DNA of 63,994 nucleotides, filler included, from Bonamia ostreae (Eukaryota): NCBI GenBank assembly GCA_040357525.1. It is 17 parts of 17 records of this genome, joined end to end, with 100 filler letters (N's around TTAATTAATTAA, not from the genome) between each part and the next. Parts side by side here need not be neighbours in the genome. Positions count along the whole stretch, not along the records: positions 11,411 to 15,100 come from JBDODL010000447.1; positions 15,201 to 18,887 come from JBDODL010000448.1; positions 18,988 to 22,673 come from JBDODL010000449.1; positions 22,774 to 26,457 come from JBDODL010000450.1; 13 more parts are not named here. One strand, 5' to 3'. Shown piece by piece: positions 11,411 to 23,705 of this stretch (position 1 is its first letter; each line of letters starts with the position of its first letter). The notes under the pieces were generated by a model. It saw only the letters and a program-made list of their open reading frames with translations, ran no database searches and was not told where the DNA came from. The position numbers and the translations under genes were made by a program.

Positions 11411-13636
11411 CAACAAATATTTAGATAAATCAAAAAAAACAGGAACTTTCTCTTCGATTATCTTATTCGAATATCGATTTTTGACGGCGACAAAACTTGA
11501 GCTTTGCGCGCTCGGATAACTAACACCGCGTAACAAATGTGAAGTCGACGGGAACGCTCGTCCCTTGAGACTGGCTATCACCAACAAATTCATAAAAGGC
11601 GTTTCCTGCAGTTCCGGCGACTTTAGAAAAAACAGCAAGTCGTCTTTGTACACAAAGCTCTTATTTTTCAGTGCGAGAACTTCGACTTTTTTCAGAATCC
11701 ATTCAAGATCTTTGTCCGGTAATAACGTCGACAACATGTCGAAGAGCTCTTCTTTGCTCAGTCGTCGGTCAAAGTCGTAATCGTACTCGTCGAAGATGTC
11801 TTCGACCATTCTCTTTTCTATTTTGGAACGAGGAGACAACACAGTGCGCAATTTGACGGTTCCGATCGCTTTTGTCAAATTGCTTTCGCTCTTTATTATT
11901 TGGTGAATTGTTTTTAAATTTTTCAATAAAATTTATAATGGCGAATCTTCGAAAAGGAATTTTACCCATAAAGACGAAATTACGAAGATCTTTAAATTTC
12001 TCGTTGCTTGCAACATTGCGAGTTGCAGGTTAACCCCAACCTTGAGCTTCGGGAAATGGAAATTGAAGTTATTAAAGTGAGCGTTTATTTATTCCGTACC
12101 ATTATAAAACGATTCGAGATGGCGTAATCTCGATACCTCGTTTTGTGAAACAGGGATTTATATTATTTTTAGTTTTGAATTTGAGGCCTCGCGACATCAG
12201 ACCCCGACCTGACACAAACATTCAAGGTCGAAGTTTTTAGGAGCAACCTCAGTCAAATTAGGAGTTCGGATAAACCCTCGTCTCGGTTTTAACACCAGTT
12301 TGTAAACGACAGCACCGGGATTCGAACCCATCTGCGCATGAATGCACACATTTAGTCCGAACCACTGAGCCGCCGCGCCCAGAAAAAATTTAAAAGTCAT
12401 TTTTGTCGATTGTGACAACTAATGAAGTCTTTACAACATGGTCAGTTTTCTATAACAAATTTTAAACTTTTTCGGTCAACACAACTTTGTTCTTGAGCTG
12501 TTCTTCGAAATCGCTGAAAAGTGCTTCGACCGCGAGCCTCCCTTGTCCGATTCTAAAATTGGAGAATGAAAACAAGTGTTCGGTTTCGTCGCGTCTGATA
12601 ACTAGTTTGAATTCCAAGTCATCTCTTCTCATCGACTCGTCATCGACGAACAGAAAACCGCTCGAATCTAAACCGCTTTCGGTGTTGTCAAAAAATTGCG
12701 TTGCGAATTGTTGTATTCCAAACTTTACGCGTAGCACCAATTCAGATCCTTTTTCGATGCAGCGAGCGTATAATGGCAGATCTTCTATATTCTTTCAGAT
12801 TTTAGGCAAAAAAATTTAAAACTGACATTTTTTTCTGCAAAAAAAATTTGAATTTATTTTATTCGATTAAAATTAGAAAATTTAAAGTTGAGACACTTTT
12901 ATNNNNNNNNNNNNNNNNNNNNNNNNNNNNNNNNNNNNNNNNNNNNNNNNNNNNNNNNNNNNNNNNNNNNNNNNNNNNNNNNNNNNNNNNNNNNNNNNNN
13001 NNCTGTGATAAAAATTTGAATTTATTTTATTCGATAAAAATTAGAAAATTTAAAGTTGAGACACTTTTATCTGTGATAAAAATTTGAATTTATTTTATTC
13101 GATAAAAATTAGAAAATTTAAAGTTAGACATTTTTTCTGCAATAAAACTTCAATGTCAAAATGCAACAAATGCGTCCAACTAAAATGATGATGTCGATTC
13201 GAAGGAATTCTCTTAAAATTTAGGTTTAATCCGATTTCTCCTTTCCCTTCAATAGTCCCGGCGACATCGAGTCTGTTTATCGGAATTGTAAGCTCATCCA
13301 CTCCGTCGTGTAGCAAAGTCTAGAAAGAGTTGGACAAAATTAAAATTGATTTAAAAAATGAACGTCCAAAGCGATAACGGCTCGACCGACTTCAAGATGA
13401 TTTTTCGTATCCACAAAATCTTTGCAGACGAGAAGAGCCGATTTCGGCTTTGTATCTGTAACAATATCCAAACGTTCGTTCCAAACAGGGTTTGAAGTGC
13501 GCAATCTCATTTCAGTCAATTTTCTGAGTCCAGTTACTTCGAATTGGCAAAATGGATTGCCTTTGCGGTCGTCTTTGAATTTAAGATCAGAGCCTTTCTT
13601 TATGTATGCTGAAATAAGATAGTGGCTTTCAACCAT
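11411..13636 (-). CDS. C2-domain / EF-hand protein, probably phosphatidylserine decarboxylase PSD2-type (3' truncated)
   Basis: C2 motifs (NPFCQF, TSNPVWNERL), EF-hand DEYDYDFDRRLSKEEL, and VKNRYSNKIIEEKVPVF resembling the segment preceding the PSD catalytic domain. Confidence 0.65.
11995..12380 (-). mobile_element. tRNA-derived SINE-like element inside an intron
   Basis: Minus strand begins GGGCGCGGCGGCTCAGTGG (A box) then GGTTCGAATCCC (B box); GC-rich hairpin body; second copy at 2613; 3' boundary approximate. Confidence 0.65.
12840..13135. repeat. 68-bp intronic minisatellite
   Basis: ctgtgataaaaatttgaatttattttattcg... at 13003 and 13071, with partial copies flanking. Confidence 0.85.
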
Positions 13637-13828
13637 TTTTATAATAAGCGCCTATATAATTTTTTAATTTAATCTTATAAGCTCATTAATGTTATGGTCT
13701 GTAGATTTAAAAAATGATTTCAAAGTTGAAATGTTCCATGAATTAGCTAACTGCCTTTAGTGAAAAATTTTTCTAATTGACTTTAGATTTTGTGAATAAT
13801 TTTTGTTTTCGCTTGTCTAAGCTTAAAA

Positions 13829-14530
13829 ATGTCTGTAAAATCAAAACGATATTGGCTGATTAAAAGGAAAACAACTCAGTTGTTTATACCCAAAAGATTT
13901 GAATATACTTTCGAGCGAAACCGCAAAATGGAAAAGAACATTTCAAAATTGAACGGGAAAAGATATTTGAACCCGATCAAGTCCAGATGGTTTGGACCCA
14001 CTCCAGCTATTAAGAGCTTTGTCCCGGAAAAAGTTTCTTCACTAAAAGACAATAAAATTTTTAATTAAAATTGTTGTTCCAAAAAGGCAATAAAAATTAA
14101 TTGAGCCGCAATTGTAAAATTAATAATTAAAATTGATTTAGCCGGTTGTACTAAAACTCGACCTATCCAGAAATGGTATGTTCTATTTTGTGGCAATAGT
14201 TGCCGTTCTGGTCTCAATAATAGTCTTGACGTCGTCAACAATCCCAAGTTTTGCTATTTTACAAAAGTAAAAAATCTCAAACGAAAAACAAAACGGGAGA
14301 CGAAAATACTAAAACGCAATCTGAAAAACTTTTCGCTGCAAAATTTTGTCTTCAAAACTGTTGAAATAAAAGACAGAATTGTCTTTTCGGTCAAAAATTT
14401 AAACGTTGAAGAAGACCAAAATCTGCAAAATTTTGATGACATCGAATCAGAAAAAATGACCGTTTACGAAAGACAAGAACAACAATTTGAAGAAATCGTC
14501 AAAGATATCGATACCCGCAAAAATAAATAA
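13829..14530 (+). CDS. Hypothetical small membrane protein (spliced)
   Basis: Basic N-terminal exon, GTT donor near 14034, second exon with hydrophobic GMFYFVAIVAVLVSIIVL; exon structure uncertain. Confidence 0.35.
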
Positions 14531-15269
14531 TTTTTAATTTTTTCCAAATAGGAAAAACATTTAATATTTTCGTTGTTTAAAATTGAAAATTACAAAAAAG
14601 TTAAATTGTTTTCAGAGCATATCGCGAAAAGTGTAAAGATTTAAGTTTACAAGTAAAATTTATTAGGATTAGATTGGCATAAAAGTTTTGATGGGAAATC
14701 TTATGCACTCGTTTTTGTGGTTCTTTAAAATGTCCACTTTAATTCGTCTAAAAGTATTTGAAGAGCTCACTTCTTTTATTTTCAGAATTTGAGCCTTTGC
14801 AAATTGAAGTTAAAAAATTTAAATTTTAACAAATTGTTCAAAAACGATTAAATAACTAAAATTTTTATAATTGCTTTTTAAAAACTTCTAAAAGACATTC
14901 AGCGACTCTCAATTTGACGATTTCCTCGCTATAGATTAAAGTAATAGCAAAAAAAGGGTCAGTTGGTGAACAATATTCGAACTCTTCTTCGTTTGATATT
15001 TTTACAAAAATTAGGGATATTATTCCTGAGACATCGACAGATTGAGGCTCATTTTTTTCTCCAAATGAATTCACTGGAGTTATCTGTTTTTAAGAATTGA
15101 NNNNNNNNNNNNNNNNNNNNNNNNNNNNNNNNNNNNNNNNNNNNTTAATTAATTAANNNNNNNNNNNNNNNNNNNNNNNNNNNNNNNNNNNNNNNNNNNN
15201 AATATTTTTGCAATTTTGTTTGTTGCAGATTAAAAAAACGACAATATTTTTGCAACAAATAAAGCATTT

Positions 15270-16440
15270 TTTGAAATTAAAAACATTGAAATTCGTTCTT
15301 CGATATGGAAATGTTTTGGTCCCAATCATTCTATTAAGATCTTGATCAGTAACTGAATTCCCGATACCGCTATTATTACTATTCCCAAACAGAGATCCAG
15401 AATTATTACTGTTCGCAGAAAATCCTGCCAATAGCGAATTGGAGTTATTATTAGAATTTCCAAATGTATTTCCAGAACTTCCAAACGATCCCCCGAACAG
15501 CGAACTTCCCGCGTTTTCTGAACTGTTGCTACTACCGAACAGAGAATTGCCTGTCGTGGCGTTCATATTGTTGTTTGTAGTACCAAAACTTGACGATCCT
15601 AACAATCCTCCACTATTGTTACTATTTGATCCGAATCCGCTCGTGTTGTTACTTAACGCGTTGGAAGTGTTTCCAAACATTCCTCCGCTCAAAGATGATC
15701 CGAAGGCATTGCCGGTGTTCTTTAGACAACATCAATTACGAAAACATAACGGACATTGCTGGAATTACGAAGACAAAATTTTGAAGTGAACAACTCAAAA
15801 AATTTAAACTGTTCCAAAATTATTGTTACTTGAACTGCCGCCGAACAAATTGGAACTGTTCGAAGAAAAGTTTCCAGATCCAAAAAGTCCCGCGTTTTGG
15901 TTCTGCGGCTGCAGATTGCTACTTCCGAATAAGCTAGAACCGCCAAAACTACTTGTGTTGGAGCCAGAGCTTGGATTCCCGAGAGCATTTGTATTAGAAC
16001 TTCCAAACGCGGAATTGGAAGGCGATCCGAATAAACTGGAAGAATTGTTATAAGAGGCAGCGTTGCCGCTGTTGCCGAAGAGAGAGCCGCCGGAGGGAGT
16101 ACCAGCATTTCCTCCGAACAGTGTGGAACTGGATCCAAAAAGATTATTAGAGCTGTTGTTCGAGTTCGACCCGAACGATGAGCCGGAGCCAAAGCTGCCC
16201 AACGAAGATCCAAAAAGTCCAGAGTTTGAATTGTTATCGTTCTTTTTTAGAGTAGATCCAAAGCCTTTATAGACTATCTAATTTTAACCTGAACTAAATG
16301 AAGTAAACGGACTCGCCGAATTTTGGTCTTTAGAGTTAATTAAAAAAACTCGAATTCGCGCCGAAAGCGTTGTTGCTTTGGTTCGACTGATTTTGGGATG
16401 ACCCAAACAATCCAAATGACGAATTGCTTTGTCCAAACAT
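15270..16440 (-). CDS. FG-repeat nucleoporin, Nup98-like N-terminus (3' truncated)
   Basis: Starts MFGQ; dense GLFG/SLFG/SFG repeats; introns 16328-16349, 16265-16288, 15720-15809; GTKTFPY resembles the start of the Gle2-binding segment. Confidence 0.75.
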
Positions 16441-17081
16441 TAATTTTTATTGTGCAATGTCTTTAATTAGGCTTGATGTTTAGATTTATCTGATTTCTCA
16501 TATAATGGCGATTAGATATTCTGTTTAGTTTATTCGAGATGACGATCGGTTGGAGAAGGGTTGACTAGACTCAACAAAACCTTTTTTTTAATTCTTTTTT
16601 TGTCGTAGCGTAATTTCCCCCAAAATTCAATCAATTTTATTTTCTTTGTTTTAGAGATGTCGCACAAATTACAGAACCATATTCCATTACTGGTCTAAAA
16701 TGTAAACCAAATTTGAGCATTTTTAAAAGAACTATATTTTTTGGACAAACTAAAATTGTTTTTAAATTTAAGACATTATTGCAAGGATCAACATCAAGTA
16801 ATGCAACTCCGTTTCAATTATATACAGAAATAACAATCGTTATGACGCAATTGTAATTTTAAAGATTAGATTATTTATTCGTTTCTCTTTAAAATATTAA
16901 TTTTTGGATATTTGTACAATCAAGTGGAACGCGGTTTATGCAAATTTAAAATACGACTAACATAAACCAATAATTAAGTTTGACAGACACCATTTTTATA
17001 ATTTAGCTTTCCGTTTTTCCATTTATTAAAATCCTTTTTTGTATTGACAGTTAATTCAAAATCCACAAAACAATTTAAAAT

Positions 17082-18168
17082 TTACATCTCAGTATCTTCG
17101 GTTTCATCCTCCTGCGCATCAATTTCCAGTTGTTGTGGATGCAAACTAGGCGCCTTTTCTGAAATCCAGTCAAATCTGCCATCCGACGTGAACCCGTGTC
17201 GGCAAAAAACATCCATGAACATCCGCCTTAAATAGCGATAATCCGGATTCTCGTCGAATCGAAGCCCTCTAGCGTAATGCAAGAGTTTCCCGAACACGTC
17301 TGGGACGCCTTTGCACAGATTGGTGATCGAAATGCTTTTTTTCATTTCCAATATTTTCCCAAATTTTTCAGATTTAGTTCTCCCCTTTTGGCCTTGCCAC
17401 GGAAGAGATCCTCTGTTCAGATACAGCAACACGTGCGCCAATTGCTCCAAGTCGTCTCTTCTGCTCAGCTCTAAAGTTTGAAATTGCAACCGATGCCCAT
17501 GTGCGAGTTGATCGAGGCGTAGCGCGCTGTTCCGACCAGGCTCTTTCCGTCTATATAGAGAATGTGTTCGCGCGTGTCTTTATCGCGGAATCGTTTGGCT
17601 AGCCCGAAATCGATGATGAAGAGGTTTCTCGAGCCGGTCGAGGAAGGCCCAATCAGAAAGTTTTCCGGTTTGATGTCTCTGTGGACGTAGTCTTTCTTGT
17701 GGATATACTCGAGTCTTCTCAGCTGCCCGTTGCACTTAAAAACCATTTTGTCGGCGAGCATGAGGAGAGTTTTGAGTGTGAACCGGCGTCGGCATTTGTC
17801 AAACATTTGTTCCAAGTTGCGCCCCAAAAGCTCTATGACTAAAATGTTGTATCCACCTTCATTGCCGTACCAAAAAATTTTTGGGATTCCTTCTAATTTT
17901 AGGTTTTATGTAAATCGTCGCCCGAAAACATAGTTTTGACAATTAACGATTGTTGGCAAAGACCTGTTCCTTCTAATTTTCGGTATACGTAATATTCGTG
18001 GGAAAGCTGGGATGTTTTTCCAGAGCGAGATTCCATTTTAATCGCGACCTTTGAGTTTTTTTCTCTGTCAACGCCTTCAAAGATTTCGCCGAACGAGCCT
18101 CTGCCGATTTTGTTCAGGACTAAAAATCGATTTCCGACAAGAAGCTCCTCTTCTGAAAACACGGGCAT
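17082..18168 (-). CDS. CK1: Casein kinase 1; introns 17893-17963, 17723-17743, 17471-17490
   Basis: [46 protein letters not shown]. Confidence 0.95.
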
Positions 18169-18249
18169 TTTAGCTTTTTTAATTTGTGTTCTATTCATAT
18201 CTCTAAGTGCTAAATTTTAAGTCTGGCTAAATTACAAAATTGTCTATTG

Positions 18250-18440
18250 GTTTTGAGCTCTGTCCTGGTATGACCAGAAGACTCGCTGGTTGCTATCTAC
18301 CCCAACCATCCACCGATGTCCATGTAGGGAGCACTTCCGTCATCACGTGCTTCGTCAGATTGACTATGTACGTGCTTCGCCAGTCCTCTTCTGAAACAGA
18401 GGGACAGGATAATGCTTCCATAGTCTATCACTGATCGCGA
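18250..18440. ncRNA. Candidate structured RNA, unidentified
   Basis: Roughly 50% GC island in AT-rich intergenic DNA with nested stems (gactatg/catagtc, gtcc/ggac, tcag/ctga, gagcac/gtgctt, tggttg/caacca). Confidence 0.45.
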
Positions 18441-19099
18441 TTTGAAGTATAAAAACTTAAGTTTTGTCGGAGAAAACAAACGGGATTTTTTGTTTATGCA
18501 AAAACGCCCCTTCACATTCTGCTAAACACACAAAAATTGGAGTAAAAAAAGATTGAACCCGATTGAAAATTTGACAAAAAATGTTCCAACTAAAGCACAA
18601 ATGTTTTGTGGAACGATAAAATTAAATTAAGTAATAAACTTTGTAAACAAGTCAGTCGAAAAATGTATTTAAAGCAACGCAAAAATGTAAAAAAAAAGTT
18701 GATTGCTAGAAAAAGTTCATTGGAATAAAATATGTGAAAGCAATTTATAAAAGTAATAAAAAGTAATAAAATATAAAAGTAACAAAAAGCAATTTTTTAG
18801 TTTCACTACAAGATTTTTAAATTTAAATATTTTTAGTAAATACGCAAATGCCAAACATGTTAATTTTAAAATTGAAAAATAAAAGATNNNNNNNNNNNNN
18901 NNNNNNNNNNNNNNNNNNNNNNNNNNNNNNNTTAATTAATTAANNNNNNNNNNNNNNNNNNNNNNNNNNNNNNNNNNNNNNNNNNNNAAATTCGAAGAAA
19001 CAGAAAGCAAATCTTTATTGACTAAAAATGTCTTCTAAGTCTTTATGGCTTAGAAGAAATTAGAACAAAATCGAGCAAATTAGAGTTTCAGAGATAAAA

Positions 19100-21295
19100 T
19101 TAAAAATTTATTTTTATTTTTTCTGGAACAGATTTCTTTTTTCTTGAAATTAATTGGATATTTTCCAGAATTGAAATAGCGTCTTCAAATTCTGCTTTTG
19201 TAACCGATTTGTCGATTTGTTTTAAAACGGCAAAAATATCTTCCGTGACTATATTTTCGTTTTCACTTGATCTCAATGTTTTAGTCAAACATCTTAAAAT
19301 TTTTCAATGATTAACCTCAAAATTGTTTCAACGCATTAAATTTGCTTTTTTAAAGACATTATTTATGCGCCAATAAATTTGCTATTTTCTAAGTTAAAAA
19401 CTTTGTAATTTTAGCAATTCTGTTTTTTCTTGGCTGTTTAATAACCAATTTTTCGATACCTTCGATAAAGTCCTTTCGGTTATCCGGCAAAATCATCTTC
19501 AAAATTTTATTGTAGAATCATTTTAATTGTAGAAGCCAATTGAATTTAGAATAAAAGGATTTCTGTTAAAAACATTTTTGCAAGTTTGAAAATCCTTTGC
19601 AAAGAAAGAATCAAGATTTTTAAAATCAGCAAAATAATCACTAAATTGTAAAATTTTACAACTTTGCAACTTTGGAAAGAAGCGATTTAAAATTGCCCAT
19701 TTCGTGATTATTTGTTTTTGCAATATTTTTCTCGATCAATTGGCGACGAGATAATTTTTTGGAATTATATGAATCATTACTCGTCTTGTTTGTTTTGATC
19801 TTTAATGACATTTCGTCAAATTTTTCAAATTTTAATGTTTTCGATAATTGTTTAATTTGCGAATCCGTTGCTTTTTCTCTTTTTTTAATTAATAATTTTC
19901 ATTTTAATATAAGTTTTGGTCATTTTTAACATCAAAAACATTTAAAAACATCAAATTGTTTAGTTTTGTAGAAATGTTTACAAAATCCAAATCAAAGAAT
20001 TCATTTTGCGTTTNNNNNNNNNNCTTAAAAACACTAAAAATTTCAAAGATGTCTTTTAAAGCTTTGATTTTTTCGTTTATTTTTTCTTTTACCAATTTTG
20101 TGTTTTGAAGGTTTCTTTTATTCTTCATAAAATTGCAATTTGAAATTTTGCAAAATTAAAATCGTAAAAATTTTTAAAATGATCTGTAAAAATTAAAATC
20201 ATAAAAAATTAAAATTTTTGCTCAAATTAAAAAAACATTTAGATTACAATAAAAATAAAATTTTAATGTTTTTAGAGCAAAATCGAGAGAAAACGAACAC
20301 TTTCGAAAAAACAAATTTATCTCTTTAAAATCATCGGAATTTATTAAAGTCGAATGGCCATTTAAACAATTTGCAAAATTCAAATTTGCAAAAATATCGA
20401 AAAAAGTTTTGTTCAAAATGGCCAAATTTGAGTTTTGGGAAAGACTAAATTTTTGTGGGTAAATTTTCTCCAAAAAACCAAAATCAAAAATTCTCAGATT
20501 TTCAAAAGAAGACAGAAAAACCAAAAAACTGATTTTAGAAAAATCTGTTTTTGCGCTCAAATTTAACAAATTGAATAAAAGAGATTTTAGCAATTCAATT
20601 TTTTGGCTAAAATCGGCAATTTTAGACATTGCGTTTGTGTTTATAGCAAATATTAAGTGATAATTTTTTAAAATTTCATTTTGCTTTAAAATGATTTCGA
20701 GATTCCGAGAAAAAGAGCAATTTTCAAAACTTTCAAAAGTCAAATTTTTGAAAATTTTTTCAAATTTAGCCAGAATTGTTTTCAAAATGTGGTTGAGGTT
20801 GTTGTGAGAACTTAGATCTATTGTGACAAGAATATTTTTTGGCGAATTTTTTAAATAGTTTTTTAGTTTTTTGACTTGCAATTTTGTGTCCTCTTTTAAT
20901 AATCCTGTTTCTATCTATTTTAGCCAAAATTAATTTTTTCTCAAAAAACGTTAAAATTTAGTTTTTTGTACTTTGAACATGTTATATTTTGCAATAAAAA
21001 CAAATGCGACTGTATTCAATTCAAAATTCTTTAATTTATCAAATTTGAAAACTTTGCCAGAATCGTTTTTTAGGAAAGAATCGATTTCCAAAAATTGGAA
21101 GTTTTCGATATTTTCTGTATAAATCTCGTCAATTCGATCACAAATTTTTCGAAATTTATTAATTTTGCCCAAATTGCGGTTATTTATCTTTTTCCGACTT
21201 TTCCGACTTTTCGATATCGGAGCGACATAACAGAACGACTCTTTTTTCGAACATTATAACGGTTAAAAACTCGTTTCATCAAAAGAACACTTCAT
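19100..21295 (-). CDS. Origin recognition complex subunit 3-like protein (multi-exon, divergent)
   Basis: ELNTVAFV, LVTIDLSSHNNLNHILKTIL and C-terminal AEFEDAISILENIQLI resemble ORC3 by recall; fragments joined by GTT..AG introns. Confidence 0.5.
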
Positions 21296-21423
21296 TAAAA
21301 TTTTAGCTAAAAAGACTAAATCGGAATCCAAAAAACAAATCGTCTTTATTTCACGCTTTTACTCGCTTTGCTATTATATCATTAGAACATATAAAGTCCC
21401 ATTTTAAACAATATTAAGCTTGA

Positions 21424-22368
21424 ATGGATAAGTCCAAAAACTTTTTTTATAGAAAAGCGACAACTGCCCAAACAACAAACAACGAAGATCAAGTTTTCAC
21501 GCAAAAATCGAAGATGAACAAAATTGACAGCGAAGACAAAAACGTTCAGAATTTGTCAAACAAGAGCAAATTTTCCAAATCGTCTCAGAACAGCTCGATC
21601 CAAAGTCTCCAGCAAGTCGAAAATCCCGTTATCCCAAAAATAAACCTTTACGGATTCGAAACAAAAGGAATTGTCGGCGCCAAAAGGTTCGCTCTCTAAA
21701 AAAATCCAGCCAAGATTACGAAAAGAAACAACAAAAGCATTTGAACAAATGGATCGAAATAACGAAAAATTGGTGCAAACACTGTAAAGCAAAGAACAAA
21801 CTCAAAAGACATATTCGGAAAGGCATTCCTGATTCGTTCCGAGGTGCCGTTTGGTATTCCCTTGCGAAGGCCAAAAGTTATCGGGAAAAAAGTACTACGA
21901 AATTTAAGGATTACGTCAAGAGCGATGAACTCGACCCCAAAATCGATTCTCAGATCAAAAAAGATCTCAATCGAACTTTTCCTTACAACGTTTATCTGAA
22001 AGAGGGAAGAGGGTTTTTGGCTAAATTTTAAGAAAGATCAAATTAAAATTTTCTGAAATTAAAATTTTTGAAAAAAAGTCAAGAATCGTTATACAATGTT
22101 TTGAAAGCGACGGCGCTTCATGTTAAAGAAGTCGGCTATTGCCAAGGAATGGGATTTGTTGTGGCCACTTTGTTAATGTACATGGGAGAAGAAGTTTTCA
22201 GAATGCAATTTTAAAATTTAGGATTCGTTTTGGGTGTTAATTTCGATGTTGAAAGGCAAACTCAATATGGGAGAGATGTTCAAAGAAAATTTTCCGTTGA
22301 CCAGGAAACGATTTTTCGTTTTTGAAAAGTTGATAAAACGGCATTATCCGAAGCTTCATGAGCATTTT
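21424..22368 (+). CDS. TBC-domain Rab-GAP (3' truncated)
   Basis: [34 protein letters not shown]; introns 21687-21709, ~22013-22078, 22194-22221. Confidence 0.9.
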
Positions 22369-22431
22369 GTTTTTAATATGATTTTGAAAAACTGTAAAAA
22401 AGTGTTTATAAATTGAGAAATCCAAATATTT

Positions 22432-22673
22432 AAATTTAGAAAAAATTGCAAAAATTAATAAAAATTGTTTATAAATTAGAGAAAGCCAATTATTAAATTT
22501 AGAAAAAATTGCAAAAATTAATAAAAATTGTTTATAAATTAGAGAAAGCCAATTATTAAATTTAGAAAAAATTGCAAAAATTAATAAAAATTGTTTATAA
22601 ATTAGAGAAAGCCAATTATTAAATTTAGAAAAAATTGCAAAAATTAATAAAAATTGTTTATAAATTAGAGAAA
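22432..22673. repeat. 63-bp intronic minisatellite, about 4 copies
   Basis: agaaaaaattgcaaaaattaat... at 22438, 22501, 22564, 22627. Confidence 0.9.
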
Positions 22674-22920
22674 NNNNNNNNNNNNNNNNNNNNNNNNNNN
22701 NNNNNNNNNNNNNNNNNTTAATTAATTAANNNNNNNNNNNNNNNNNNNNNNNNNNNNNNNNNNNNNNNNNNNNGATTTTATCCATTATGAGATTGTTAAA
22801 ATTTGCGAAAATATTGTTATAAAATTGCAAAAATCTAAAATCATTTCCGAAAAATTGAAAACAAACCGCAAAAAAACTAAAAATATATTAAAAACATTTA
22901 ATAATAAAACAAACATAAAA

Positions 22921-23298
22921 ATGTCTTGCAAAATATTCAATTTTTTGTTTTTTTCAATTCTTTTATTCTCAAAATTTTCCTTTAAAACCATTCCCGTTAA
23001 CTCAAATTGCATTCCCGGAAAACAAAATAACTCTTCGAATATCGATAATAGAAGGTATAGCAAAACCTTAAATTGTATCTACAGAGAATCGAAATATCCT
23101 TTTCGAAAAAAATGGAAAATTTTCCATTGTGTGGATTCATTTGGTTTAATAGAATATGAAGGCGTGCAATATTTATGTGGACTGTCGATAGAAAACTCTC
23201 TGATCTATGTAACTTTTACCATTTCGTTTTTGCTATTTGTTGTGGGTCTTCCGATGATCGTTTGTATTCGATATGTTTTTTGCAAACTAAAAAATTAA
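22921..23298 (+). CDS. Small type-I membrane protein A (signal peptide, Cys ectodomain, C-terminal TM)
   Basis: Hydrophobic N-terminus; CIYRESKYPFRKK..HC..LCGLSIEN; TM ending VCIRYVF. Confidence 0.7.
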   Translation: MSCKIFNFLFFSILLFSKFSFKTIPVNSNCIPGKQNNSSNIDNRRYSKTLNCIYRESKYPFRKKWKIFHCVDSFGLIEYEGVQYLCGLSIENSLIYVTFTISFLLFVVGLPMIVCIRYVFCKLKN

Positions 23299-23705
23299 AT
23301 TGATAAAAAATTAACTTAATCAAAAAAGCCGTGTTTTGTTTGACAGAAAGACAAAGATTAAATATTTTTATTTCTTTTTGCGTTATTTTCTATAATTAAA
23401 ACAAGAAAAGTCAATTTGGAGAATTTTATTCGAACTTTTTGAAGGGCTTTGTAGCTTTTTCAATTTGCAAAAAATTAGTTGATTTTTTTCTGTTATAAAA
23501 CTTTAGTAATTCTTTTTTATACGAAAAAACAAATTTTTAAAACAATATTTTCGATAAGTGCACTTTCTTTAAAAAAATTCTTTTATATTTTTAGAAAGGA
23601 TTTATTTAAAAAACCATCCATTTTTAGTTATTGTTTTTTATTGAAATTATTGTTTTTTATGAGCATTAAAACAAATCAATAAGAGAAACAATAAAAAGAA
23701 TATAA

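Noticed and set aside
11890-11990. Possible AT-AC intron in the PSD2-like gene
   Set aside because: A canonical GTTT..AAAG intron of about 11891-12467 gives a sensible reading
12305-12380. Functional tRNA gene
   Set aside because: Acceptor and anticodon stems do not close; better explained as a SINE head
18404-18416. ACAGGATAATGC resembling the TPP riboswitch P5 loop
   Set aside because: P5 does not pair, CTGAGA is missing, and GTAGGGAG lies upstream rather than downstream
22432-22673. CRISPR-like repeat arrays
   Set aside because: Contiguous tandem units without unique spacers; eukaryotic introns; no cas genes
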